From: Actinomycetota bacterium
GTDB taxonomy: Bacteria > Actinomycetota > UBA4738 > HRBIN12
Direction: 5' to 3'
DNA: 64,000 nt
NCBI GenBank assembly: GCA_035718185.1
Contig: DASTHN010000069.1
Span: 18,697-82,696 of the forward strand
The position numbers and the translations under genes are program-made. The notes under the pieces are model-generated. The model ran no database searches. It was not told the DNA's origin and was given only the letters and a program-made list of their open reading frames with translations. This document shows, in pieces, positions 34,324 through 43,009 of this stretch; positions within the stretch are counted from its first letter, which is position 1, and each line of letters begins with the position of its first letter.

Positions 34324-36069
34324 ATGTCCGTACCACGCTCCACCGCGCGACGCCGGCTGACAGCGCTCGCCGGCGTCACGTCCGTTCTGCTGCTCGCAAC
34401 GATGCTCGCGGCGGGCCCCGCGCCCGCCCAGGTAGCGTGCGACACGACCACCATCGACGTCGTCCCGCAGAGCAGCCTCACGCCGGGAACGATCGGCGAC
34501 GGGATCACCACGCTCGAGCAGAACACGCCGGCGCCGTTCGACTTCGAGGTCGTGGGGACGATCCCCGACGGCTTCATGCTCGGCCTCGACGCCATCGTGA
34601 TCCACATCACGGGACCCCAGGCGTTCCTCGACGAGACGGGCGGCATCTTCTTCGGGATGTCCGGCTCGCCGGCGTACGTCGGGGGCGACCTGGCCGGCGC
34701 GGTGTCGGGGGTCTTCTACGACGACGCGACCTTCGGGGTGCTCACGCCGGCCGAGGCCATGCTCGGCGTGATGGACGCCGCCCAGCCACCCGCGGCGGTG
34801 GCGCAGAAGATCGTCCCCACCGACGCCATCCGCAGGGCGATGGCCCGGATCCAGGGCGAGTCGGTCTCCAGCGTGACCGGCTCGTTCCAGCAGCTGCCGA
34901 CGCCGCTCGGCGTCTCCGGCCTCACCCGGAGGCAGGCGGCGGAGCTCCAGGCCCGCCTGGATGAGCGGGGGGAGAGCTTCCATGTCTATCGGGCGGCCTC
35001 CGCGAGCACGACGGCGGCCCTGGACCCGACACCGTTCGACCCGGGTGAGACGCTCGGCGCGGCCATCGCGTACGGAGACGCTTCCTACTACGCGACCGGC
35101 ACGGCGACCTTCACCTGCGGCGACTACGTCGCGGCGTTCGGCCACCCGTTCTTCTACGACGCCCCCGGCGAGATCTCGCTCGGCCTGTCGGGCGCCGAGG
35201 GACTCATGGTGCTGAAGCCGACCGGGTATCCCGGGTATCGGTACGCGCTCCTGACCGAGCCGCGGGGCACGATCGTCCAGGATCGGTTCGCCGGCATCGT
35301 CGGCGTCGTCGGCGTGGCTCCGCCGTCGGTCCCGATCACGAGCGACCTCGACAACCTGGACGAGGGCACCTCGAGGCTGGGTACGACCGAGGCGATCCAC
35401 ACGTGGGGCTGGTGGCTCGAGGAGATCGTCTGGGGTCACCTGTGGGCGAACTTCGCCGCGACCTTCGGCCACTACGGCGGCGGGACGTCGCAGCTCGATT
35501 GGACCCTGACGGGCCACACGGCCGCCGGGCCGTTCACCGTCTCGGACTTCTCGTTGGCGTCCTCGCCGTGGGACGTGACGGACTCGATGTGGCCGCTGAT
35601 CAACGCGATCGACGCCTTGCAGTTCAACGAGTTCGAGGAGGTCACGTTCGACGGCGTCGCGACGACGGGCTGGGTGACGAAGGACCGGCTGGAGGGCACG
35701 ATCGGCCAGGTCATGCTCTCGAGCACCTCGTTCCCCACACCGAAGGCGACGAACGTCATCCGGGCCGCACCCGGTGACACCGTCACGATCCAGATCACCT
35801 TCGACATGCTGGAGGGCGGCCAGGAGGTCGTGACCGCCTCGCTGACCGTTCCGAAGAAGGCCTCCAGGGAGATCGAGATCAAGATGCGCGGCGGCCGCGA
35901 CCGGTCCCGCTACTGGGACGCCGGCTCGTTCGACGAGCTGCTCGACCTCCTCGTCTCGAGGGAGCACGCGAGCGACCTGGTGGTCACCGGGGTCCGGCCG
36001 ACCCAGCGGCTGCCGCAGGCCTTCGTCGTGGGCGGCAGGGATCGGTTCGTCGTGCGCACGAGGTGGTAG
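34324..36069 (+). CDS. secreted SpoIVB-like (peptidase S55) serine protease homologue
   Basis: Signal peptide (...MLAAGPAPAQV). LDETGGIFFGMSGSPAYVGGDLAGAV matches my recollection of the SpoIVB catalytic Ser region. A later ATGTATFTCGDYVAAFGHPF resembles the His region. Confidence 0.7.
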   Translation: MSVPRSTARRRLTALAGVTSVLLLATMLAAGPAPAQVACDTTTIDVVPQSSLTPGTIGDGITTLEQNTPAPFDFEVVGTIPDGFMLGLDAIVIHITGPQAFLDETGGIFFGMSGSPAYVGGDLAGAVSGVFYDDATFGVLTPAEAMLGVMDAAQPPAAVAQKIVPTDAIRRAMARIQGESVSSVTGSFQQLPTPLGVSGLTRRQAAELQARLDERGESFHVYRAASASTTAALDPTPFDPGETLGAAIAYGDASYYATGTATFTCGDYVAAFGHPFFYDAPGEISLGLSGAEGLMVLKPTGYPGYRYALLTEPRGTIVQDRFAGIVGVVGVAPPSVPITSDLDNLDEGTSRLGTTEAIHTWGWWLEEIVWGHLWANFAATFGHYGGGTSQLDWTLTGHTAAGPFTVSDFSLASSPWDVTDSMWPLINAIDALQFNEFEEVTFDGVATTGWVTKDRLEGTIGQVMLSSTSFPTPKATNVIRAAPGDTVTIQITFDMLEGGQEVVTASLTVPKKASREIEIKMRGGRDRSRYWDAGSFDELLDLLVSREHASDLVVTGVRPTQRLPQAFVVGGRDRFVVRTRW

Positions 36070-36090
36070 CCAACCACTCGCCGCAGGATC

Positions 36091-36118
36091 GAGGGGGCCG
36101 GGATCTCCCGGCCCCCTC
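36091..36118 (+). terminator. GC-rich hairpin GAGGGGGCCGGGA-tc-TCCCGGCCCCCTC after the protease gene
   Basis: 13-bp perfect inverted repeat, 22 nt after the stop. No U-tract follows. Confidence 0.5.
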
Positions 36119-36159
36119 AGACGTCCGGTCGCAACAGGGGTCCTGCTAGCCTCGGGACC

Positions 36160-36309
36160 GTGCGCCCGTTCACGAAGATCACGCTCATCGTGCTGTTCGC
36201 GCTCCTCGCGATCGCGGCGATCGCGCAGTTCACGATGGGCGGACCCGACATCCCGTACGACGGCCCGGTCCCCGGAACACCCCTGCCCTCGCTCTCGGCG
36301 ACGCCGTAG
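36160..36309 (+). CDS. 49-aa putative membrane micro-protein (VRPFTKITLIVLFALLAIAAIAQFTMGGPDIPYDGPVPGTPLPSLSATP)
   Basis: Found by eye. Very high GC3 on the plus strand, with a TM-like N-terminus. Weak Shine-Dalgarno sequence. Confidence 0.4.
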   Translation: MRPFTKITLIVLFALLAIAAIAQFTMGGPDIPYDGPVPGTPLPSLSATP

Positions 36310-36327
36310 GCGACCCGTCCGGTCGCC

Positions 36328-37116
36328 TCAGTCGGCGAGGACCACCGGGTCACCCACCGACAGGCCCAGCAGCTGGGCCGCGCTCCCGTGGTTCACCACG
36401 AGCGCGACGTAGCCTTCCGAGTCCACGATGGCGCCGCAGGCGCCGTACGGCACCTCGGCGAACGTCGCGACCCTCGGCACGTCGCGAGCGCCGATCGCGA
36501 GATCGGGCCCCAGACCGGCGGCCTCGAGCTCGACGGCGGTGACGTTCAGCTGCACGTTGCCGAACCCGTCCACGGCGACCACCCGGGCCCCGACCGAGCC
36601 CGGGGTGACCATGGGCGCCGGCAGGTCCACGACGTGCAGCTCCTCGAGCCCGACGGGCGGGCCCAGGTCCTCCAGGGCGAGTCCGGCGGACAGGTGGGCG
36701 GCGGCCGGGGCGAACACGTCACGGCCGTGGAACGTCCGCGACACCGGATGCAGGAGCACCTCCGGCGCCGAGACCTCCACGGCGCGCTCGGCGCCCCCGA
36801 GCTCGGCCCACGTCATCGAGAGGAGTCCGTTGTCGGGCCCGACGAGCGAAGCACCGGCGCGCGTCTCGACGGCGATCGGCCGCCGCTCGGAGCCGACGCC
36901 CGGGTCGACGACGGCGAGATAGACCGCGTCGTCGGGCATGAACCTCGTCGAGCGTGCGAGCGCGATCGCGCCGCCCAACACGTCCTGACGGACGATCTGG
37001 TGCGTGAGGTCGATCACCCGAGCGTCGGGCGCGATCCGCGCGATCACCCCCTGACAGACGCCGACGAAGCCGTCGGCCAGCCCGTAGTCCGTCAGGAAGA
37101 CGATCGTCCGGCTCAT
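36328..37116 (-). CDS. SAM-dependent chlorinase/fluorinase family protein (DUF62, SAM hydroxide adenosyltransferase-like)
   Basis: FLTDYGLADGFVG, VVDPGVGS, GPDNGLL and TFHGRDVFAPAAA motifs. Confidence 0.82.
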   Translation of the reverse strand: MSRTIVFLTDYGLADGFVGVCQGVIARIAPDARVIDLTHQIVRQDVLGGAIALARSTRFMPDDAVYLAVVDPGVGSERRPIAVETRAGASLVGPDNGLLSMTWAELGGAERAVEVSAPEVLLHPVSRTFHGRDVFAPAAAHLSAGLALEDLGPPVGLEELHVVDLPAPMVTPGSVGARVVAVDGFGNVQLNVTAVELEAAGLGPDLAIGARDVPRVATFAEVPYGACGAIVDSEGYVALVVNHGSAAQLLGLSVGDPVVLAD

Positions 37117-37877
37117 GCGCCGAGGTACTGCTCGAGGTACGTGAGGATGAGGTTCCGGGCGCGCCCCGACTGGTTCCCGTCGAGGATGTCGGTGCCGTGG
37201 TCGTCGGTCGTGAGGATCTCGACACGCTTGGGTGGTGGGGAGCTCGCGTAGAGCGTCTGCGCGTCGTCCGGCGCCGACCCATCCCCGTTGCCGGCGATGA
37301 ACAGCTTCGCTGCCATCACCTTCGTCAGGACCTCCGGCGTCAAGTCCATCCCCTCGAACGACGCGGGTGCCGAGAGCGTCACGACCACGTCGGCGTCGAC
37401 CCCGTCCTCCGCGGCGGCGACGAGGGAGGCCGTCCCGCCCATGCTCGCTCCGATCAGCGCGACCTGCGTTGCCCCACGCGAGCGGATGAAGTCGACCGCG
37501 CCGACGACATCACGCCAGATCTCTCCGAGGTCCCGCTCCCCCTGCGAGCACCCCCCGACCGCGCCGGGACAGTAGCCACGGAAGTCGTACGTGAGCACGA
37601 GGTAGCCCTCGTCGACCAGATCCTGGGCGAAGTCCCACCAGGACGTCTGGTCCGAGGGCCGCATGTGCGAGAGCACCACCCCGACCGCCCCCCGGCCGAA
37701 CAGGCGTCCCTCGAGCGCAACGCCGTCGGCCGAGTCGAACGTGACGGCCTCCGAGCCCACCGGGACCTTCGTAAGGGATGGCTCGTCCTGGCCGCACGAG
37801 ACCGCGAGCGCCGCGAGGACAAGGAGCACCGCGAGCGCTCGGGCGGGGCCGGTCGCGTCTCGCCCCGTCACGCGCAT
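37113..37877 (-). CDS. alpha/beta hydrolase lipoprotein
   Basis: Lipobox LAVSC and nucleophile elbow GASMGG. Confidence 0.75.
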   Translation of the reverse strand: MRVTGRDATGPARALAVLLVLAALAVSCGQDEPSLTKVPVGSEAVTFDSADGVALEGRLFGRGAVGVVLSHMRPSDQTSWWDFAQDLVDEGYLVLTYDFRGYCPGAVGGCSQGERDLGEIWRDVVGAVDFIRSRGATQVALIGASMGGTASLVAAAEDGVDADVVVTLSAPASFEGMDLTPEVLTKVMAAKLFIAGNGDGSAPDDAQTLYASSPPPKRVEILTTDDHGTDILDGNQSGRARNLILTYLEQYLGA

Positions 37878-37895
37878 CGGACGAGGCTCCGCGTG

Positions 37896-37997
37896 CTACC
37901 GACCCTGCTGCCGGCGCTGCCAGCGGGTCTTCTTCAGCAGCTTCTTGTGCTTCTTCTTCCGCATCTTCTTGCGGCGCTTCTTGATCAGCGACGGCAA
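37896..37997 (-). CDS. 30S ribosomal protein bS22 (33 aa, TTG start)
   Basis: Found by eye: (M)PSLIKKRRKKMRKKKHKKLLKKTRWQRRQQGR. It aligns residue-for-residue with the mycobacterial bS22 pattern ..IKKRRKRMxKKKHRKLLRRTRxQRR... An in-frame TAG five codons upstream leaves TTG as the only possible start. Confidence 0.8.
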   Translation of the reverse strand: MPSLIKKRRKKMRKKKHKKLLKKTRWQRRQQGR

Positions 37998-38023
37998 GCG
38001 GCGTCCCTTCTGCTATCCCTCAG

Positions 38024-38914
38024 TCATCCCGAACCGAACAGGTTCCGGAGGTCCACGCGCTTGGCGCGGTAGCCCTCCTCCAGGCGAACGGACCCCAGTC
38101 TAAGCGCCTTCGGGCCGGTTGCCACCGGCGAGATCAGGCGGAGGATGCCCTCCTCGGCCACGTGCTCCAGGTACCCGAGCCCCAGGTAGCCACCCGCTCC
38201 GTCGGACAGCCCGACGAGCAGGTGGTCGAGCTGGGCCAGGTCGAAGAGGGGCGGCAACGCCGGCATGAACACCGTCGGCTTGACGCGGAACCGGTGGAGT
38301 TCCTCCCCGAAGTACCGGGCCATGGTGCGCTCCCGGTTCTCGGCCCGCTGCTCGACGGTGGTCGGGACGACGCCGGGATGCACGCCGAGCGGAACCACCT
38401 CGGTCGCGAAGAACCGCTGGATCACCCCGAGGAGCGGCAGCAGCTCCTCGCCCCGCTGGAGGCCCACGACCAGGTCCGGCCGGAGCATCTCCACCTTGTG
38501 GTACTTCAGGATCTGGGCGTGGACGCCCGAGACCAGGCCGCTCGAGTCCATGACCACGAAGTCGGCGCCGGCCTCCTTCGCCTGCCGGAACAGGCTGGCG
38601 ACGCCGGTGACGACCTGGAGCAGATGACCCTCCGGCGAGGTCGAGCCGACGAACCACAGCCCGTCCTCCTGCGCCATCGCGGCCGGCTCCAGGTCCTGGG
38701 GCCCCTGGATCATCTTCAGCGTCACGGTCGCGGGCGGCCCGACGGTCTTCTGCCCGACGTCGGCGTCAAGGAACGCCGACGGGCGGCCCGCGGCGACCGC
38801 GGTCTCGAGAAGCACGCGGGACAGCGTGCTCTTCCCCGTGTCGAGCCCGCCGAACAGGAGGACGGTGTGTTTGGTCCGCACCGCCTCCTCGACGAGCGCT
38901 TCGTGCTCGTTCAC
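38024..38914 (-). CDS. Clp1/Grc3-family P-loop polynucleotide 5'-kinase homologue
   Basis: Walker A GGLDTGKST and Clp1-type Walker B FLDADVGQ, then VVMDSSG. The preferred GTG start at 38914 follows GGAGG. An alternative ATG lies at 38953. Confidence 0.7.
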   Translation of the reverse strand: MNEHEALVEEAVRTKHTVLLFGGLDTGKSTLSRVLLETAVAAGRPSAFLDADVGQKTVGPPATVTLKMIQGPQDLEPAAMAQEDGLWFVGSTSPEGHLLQVVTGVASLFRQAKEAGADFVVMDSSGLVSGVHAQILKYHKVEMLRPDLVVGLQRGEELLPLLGVIQRFFATEVVPLGVHPGVVPTTVEQRAENRERTMARYFGEELHRFRVKPTVFMPALPPLFDLAQLDHLLVGLSDGAGGYLGLGYLEHVAEEGILRLISPVATGPKALRLGSVRLEEGYRAKRVDLRNLFGSG

Positions 38915-39025
38915 CCTCGCCTCCGGTGTCGTCCTCCCGGAGGCCCGTCTCACGCGAGTTGGACTATCCCGGCGTGGGACCCTCCCGTCCCCGGTGCCGA
39001 CGTCCGGACAGGGTCATCTCAGGCA

Positions 39026-39042
39026 GGGGGTCACGGACCCCC
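39026..39042 (-). terminator. hairpin GGGGGTC-ACG-GACCCCC downstream of the 39138 gene
   Basis: 7-bp perfect stem in a 223-nt intergenic gap. No U-tract. Confidence 0.3.
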
Positions 39043-39137
39043 GTCGCGCGTTCGAACCGAGCCTCGATGGAAGGTGTGGTCGTCAACGTGACGCCTATCC
39101 TACGGCGGGGCGGGTCTTCCCGCTCCGTCCGAGCGCT

Positions 39138-39980
39138 TCAGGGGAATCGCCCCGCGATCGCCTGCAGGCACGGCCAGTAGTCCTCCGGCCGCACGTTGTC
39201 GTCCATCACGATCACGGTGTCCGTGCGCCCCTGCGCCCGGGCGACGAGCAGGGCCGGATCGTTGATGTCGGCGATCGAGACCGTGGGCACGCCCCGCTCG
39301 ATCGCGGCGCCGGCGAACCCGTGGTCGGCGAAGACCAGGTTGGGCCGCTGCTCGGCGAGCATCCGCGCCATCGGCTCGCCGCTGTGCGTGTGCTTCATCG
39401 AGGCGCCGTCCGTGAGCATCGCGACACCCTCGAGGTAGCGGATCTCCCAGCGATGATGCCGTCCCGGCTCTCGCCAGGGCGCGGCCTCGAACGGCTGGAG
39501 CAGCTTCACGCCTCGGGCGCGGAGCTGCCGCCCGACCTCGATGTACAGATGCGCGAGGCCGGTCGGGTGCCCCGTCGCGAGGATGACGCTCCCACCGGTC
39601 CGGACCACGGAGGCAAGCGCATCGCCGACGGCCTCGCAGGCGTCGAGCACCAGGTCCGGATCGACCGGCACGGGACCGGTCCGCCACTCCGGGTGGGACG
39701 TGAAGCCGGACGCCCGCCCGACGATCTGGAGGACCCGGTCCACCGACATCGTGCCCGCGAGTCCCGTCATGCCGAACTGCTTGTCAGGGTCGCCCTCGAT
39801 CAGCAGACGGGCGTTCCGCCGGACGTTGTCCATGGCGTGACTGACCTCCGGGCCGGCGATGCGGCCCTCGAGGAGCCCTCGACGGAGCTCGCCCCGGGGA
39901 TACGAGCGCGGCTCCCACCGGTCGTCGATGTGCGGCAGCTGTGCCGCGTGCTGTGCGGTAACGTCCATCGGACCACTCAT
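39138..39980 (-). CDS. conserved hypothetical protein (function not recognised)
   Basis: C-terminal 280 aa of ORF 39138..40421, starting at the ATG at 39980. Coding-like GC3. No motif I can name with confidence. Confidence 0.7.
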   Translation of the reverse strand: MSGPMDVTAQHAAQLPHIDDRWEPRSYPRGELRRGLLEGRIAGPEVSHAMDNVRRNARLLIEGDPDKQFGMTGLAGTMSVDRVLQIVGRASGFTSHPEWRTGPVPVDPDLVLDACEAVGDALASVVRTGGSVILATGHPTGLAHLYIEVGRQLRARGVKLLQPFEAAPWREPGRHHRWEIRYLEGVAMLTDGASMKHTHSGEPMARMLAEQRPNLVFADHGFAGAAIERGVPTVSIADINDPALLVARAQGRTDTVIVMDDNVRPEDYWPCLQAIAGRFP

Positions 39981-39996
39981 CGTACGGGAGCCCGAC

Positions 39997-40773
39997 GTGT
40001 ACGAACTTCCGCTCACCGGCCAGGTCGGGATCGTCACCGGCGCCGGCCGCGGGATCGGCCGCGCGATCGCGCTCGCGCTCGCGCGGGCGGGCGCCGACGT
40101 CGCGGTCGCTGCGCGCACCGTCACGGAGCTCGAGACCGCTGCCGAGGAGATCCGGGCGCTCGGACGCCGGGCGGTCGTCGCGCCGACCGACGTGACCGAC
40201 GAGCAAGCGGTCCGCGCGCTCGTGCGGACGGCCGTCGCCGAGCTCGGCCGACTCGACATGTTGGTGAACAACGCCGGCGTCGCGCCGTTCGTGGAGACGT
40301 TCATGGACACCCGGCCCGACGGCTTCGACAAGTACTTCCGAGCGAACTTCGCGTCCGTCGTGTTCGGCATGCGGGCGGCCGGTGCGGTGCTGCTCGAAGG
40401 GGGCTCGGGGTGCGTGCTCAACCTGGCCTCGATCGACGGTTACATGGCCGAGGCCGGCCTGGCCTACTACAACGCCGCGAAGGCCGCGGTGATCAGCCTG
40501 ACGAAGACCACCGCGCTCGAGTGGGCGCCGCGCGGAGTAAGGGTGAACGCGATCGCCCCGGGCTGGATCGACACACCGATGAACCAGCCGGAGCGCGACG
40601 ACCCCGAGGCCGAGGCCCGGATCCTCGCGCAGATCCCTATGGGCCGTTGGGGCCGCCCCGAGGAGATCGCCGCGGCTGCGGTGTTCCTGTGCTCGCCGGC
40701 CGCCTCGTTCATCACCGGCGAGGTGCTCGTGGTCGACGGCGGCCAGACCGTCACGAGCGCTCGCGAGGCATGA
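39997..40773 (+). CDS. short-chain dehydrogenase/reductase (SDR)
   Basis: TGAGRGIGRA, NNAG and YxxxK (YYNAAKAA) motifs. The GTG start follows GGGAG. Confidence 0.85.
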   Translation: MYELPLTGQVGIVTGAGRGIGRAIALALARAGADVAVAARTVTELETAAEEIRALGRRAVVAPTDVTDEQAVRALVRTAVAELGRLDMLVNNAGVAPFVETFMDTRPDGFDKYFRANFASVVFGMRAAGAVLLEGGSGCVLNLASIDGYMAEAGLAYYNAAKAAVISLTKTTALEWAPRGVRVNAIAPGWIDTPMNQPERDDPEAEARILAQIPMGRWGRPEEIAAAAVFLCSPAASFITGEVLVVDGGQTVTSAREA

Positions 40774-41585
40774 GCGTGGACCTGCGCGGCGCCGTCGCCG
40801 TCGTAACGGGCGCCTCCTCCGGCATCGGCGAGAGCACGGCGCTGCTCCTCGCGAGGTCCGGGGCCAGGGTCGTGCTCGCGGCCCGCCGGTTAGAGCGGCT
40901 CGAGGCGGTGGCCGAGCGGATCGGCGCCCACGGCGGGGAGGCGCTCCCGGTGCGCTGCGACGTCGCCGACCCCGCGGACCTCGCCGAGCTCGTCGAGCGG
41001 ACCGACGAAGCGTACGGGCGGTGCGACGTGCTGGTCAACAACGCCGGGATCCCGGGCGGCGGCCCGTTCCGCTCGCTCCCGCCCGCGCGGATCGAGCGCG
41101 TCGTGCGCGTGAACCTCCTCGGGGTGATGCTCGGCACCCGCGCCTTCCTGCCGATGATGCTGCAGGAGCGGCACGGCCACATCGTGAACGTCGCCTCGCT
41201 GGCCGGCCGGTACGCGACCCCGGGGTCCGCGGTCTACGGCGCGTCGAAACACGCGGTCGTCGCGTTCGGGGAGTCGCTGTACTACGAGCTGAAGCCGCTC
41301 GGCATCCTCGTCACCACCGTGAACCCGGGCTTCACCCGGACCGAGGGCTTCCCGCAGGACGACATCCCCCGGCCCTTCGTGATGCGTCGCGAGCACGTCG
41401 CACGGGTCATCGTCGACGTCGTGCGGCGCGGACGCGCTCCCGAGGTCTCGATCCCGCGCCCGCTCGCCGTGCCGCAGGCCTTCCGGGTCCTCACCCCGCC
41501 GCTGTACCGCTGGGGCGTCGACCGTGTGACGCGGCGGGGACAGGGCATGCAGGACCCGGGTCGCGGCCCGATGCCGCCGGACTGA
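40770..41585 (+). CDS. short-chain dehydrogenase/reductase (SDR)
   Basis: TGASSGIG, NNAG and YGASKHA motifs. ATGA overlap with the upstream SDR. Confidence 0.85.
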   Translation: MSVDLRGAVAVVTGASSGIGESTALLLARSGARVVLAARRLERLEAVAERIGAHGGEALPVRCDVADPADLAELVERTDEAYGRCDVLVNNAGIPGGGPFRSLPPARIERVVRVNLLGVMLGTRAFLPMMLQERHGHIVNVASLAGRYATPGSAVYGASKHAVVAFGESLYYELKPLGILVTTVNPGFTRTEGFPQDDIPRPFVMRREHVARVIVDVVRRGRAPEVSIPRPLAVPQAFRVLTPPLYRWGVDRVTRRGQGMQDPGRGPMPPD

Positions 41586-41590
41586 TCGAC

Positions 41591-43009
41591 TCAGCGCAAC
41601 GGGTCGCCGAGCCGGTGGACCTTCAGCATGTTCGTGTGGGCCTTGCCGGCGGGCATCGAAGCCGCCATGACCACGGAACGACCCTCTCCGACGACGCCGC
41701 TCGTACGAAGCCCGTCCGTCATGAGGGCGATCATCGCGTCGGTGTCGGCCGGCGGCTCGACCGGGAGCGCGCGCACGCCCCACCGGATGGAGAGCGAGCG
41801 ACGGATCCTCGGGTCGGGCACGAAGGCGTAGATCGGGACGCCCGGCCGCTCGACCGAGAGCAGCGCCGCCGTCCGGCCGGTCGTCGTGTAGCAGGCGATG
41901 GCGACGACCGCCGGATCGTCCTCCGCGATCTGCGCGGCGGCGTGGGCGACGGCGGCGGCCTCGTCCGCATGCGGAGGCGCCGGACCCGCGGCCCGGAAGC
42001 CTCCCGCCCGCTGCTCCGCGACGGCGGCGATCCGCTCGGCCGCGGCCGCGGCCGCAACCGGGTACTCGCCGATCGCGGTCTCGCCCGAGAGCATGATCGC
42101 GTCGGCGCCGTCGAGCACCGCGTTCGCGACGTCGCTCGCCTCGGCCCGCGTCGGCCGCGGCGCGTGGATCATCGACTCGAGCATCTGCGTGGCGACGATC
42201 GCCGGGCGTCCGACGGCGCGGGCGCTCCGGAGAAGCTCCTTCTGCAGGACGGGGATCTCCTCCATCGGCAGCTCGACGCCCAGGTCACCCCGGGCCACCA
42301 TGATCGCGTCCGCCTGCGCGAGGATCGCGTCGATGCTCTCGACGGCCGGTCGCGTCTCGATCTTCGCCACGATCGGCACCTCGCGCCAGCCCATGAGCGC
42401 GCGCAGGCCGATCACGTCGGCGGCGCTCCGGACGAAGGACTGGGCGACCAGGTCCACGCCCATGTCGAGCGCGGTCGTGAGGGACGCTCGGTCGCGCTCG
42501 GTGATCGCCGGTAGCGAGAGCCGCTCGGCGGGGACGTTCACGCCCGCGCCCGAGCGCACCGAGCCCGACCTGACGACGTCGGTGACCACCTCCGCGCCCA
42601 CCTGACGGACGCACAGCTCGACGGCGCCGTCGGCGAGCAGGATCCGGTCGCCCGCCTGGACGTCCCGACCGAGTCCGGCGTACGTCGTCGACGCTCCCGT
42701 CGCGTCCCCCGGCGCTCCGTCGGCGCGGAGCACGAAGGTCGAGCCCGCCTCCAGCCGCACCGGCTCCTGGCCCAGCTCCCCGAGGCGGATCTTCGGCCCC
42801 GGCAGATCGGCCATCACCGCGGGTTCGGTGCCCGAGTCCTCGGCGGCCGCGCGGACCGTCGCCACGAGCGCGGCGTGCTCCTCGGCGTCACCGTGCGAGA
42901 GGTTCACGCGGAAGACGTCGGTCCCTGCACCGATCAGATCCATCACGGCGGCGCGGTCGGCGGTGGCCGGGCCCAGCGTGCAGACGAGCTTCGCGCGGCG
43001 AGGGCTCAC
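41591..43009 (-). CDS. pyk: pyruvate kinase
   Basis: KLVCTLGPA, FRVNLSHG, IVAKIE, MVARGDLGVE and ATQMLESM motifs. The GTG start overlaps the upstream stop. Confidence 0.92.
   Translation of the reverse strand: MSPRRAKLVCTLGPATADRAAVMDLIGAGTDVFRVNLSHGDAEEHAALVATVRAAAEDSGTEPAVMADLPGPKIRLGELGQEPVRLEAGSTFVLRADGAPGDATGASTTYAGLGRDVQAGDRILLADGAVELCVRQVGAEVVTDVVRSGSVRSGAGVNVPAERLSLPAITERDRASLTTALDMGVDLVAQSFVRSAADVIGLRALMGWREVPIVAKIETRPAVESIDAILAQADAIMVARGDLGVELPMEEIPVLQKELLRSARAVGRPAIVATQMLESMIHAPRPTRAEASDVANAVLDGADAIMLSGETAIGEYPVAAAAAAERIAAVAEQRAGGFRAAGPAPPHADEAAAVAHAAAQIAEDDPAVVAIACYTTTGRTAALLSVERPGVPIYAFVPDPRIRRSLSIRWGVRALPVEPPADTDAMIALMTDGLRTSGVVGEGRSVVMAASMPAGKAHTNMLKVHRLGDPLR

Noticed and set aside
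36117-36353. A tracked 78-aa minus-strand ORF.
   Set aside because: It has poor codon bias on that strand and overlaps the stop region of the DUF62 gene. The plus-strand frame in the same place has much better GC3, so it is reported as a low-confidence micro-ORF instead.
39040-39075. A GTTCGAAC element resembling a tRNA T-loop in the 223-nt gap upstream of the Clp1-like gene.
   Set aside because: The flanking bases do not form a T-stem (GCGCG against CGAGC). No acceptor or anticodon arms can be drawn on either strand.
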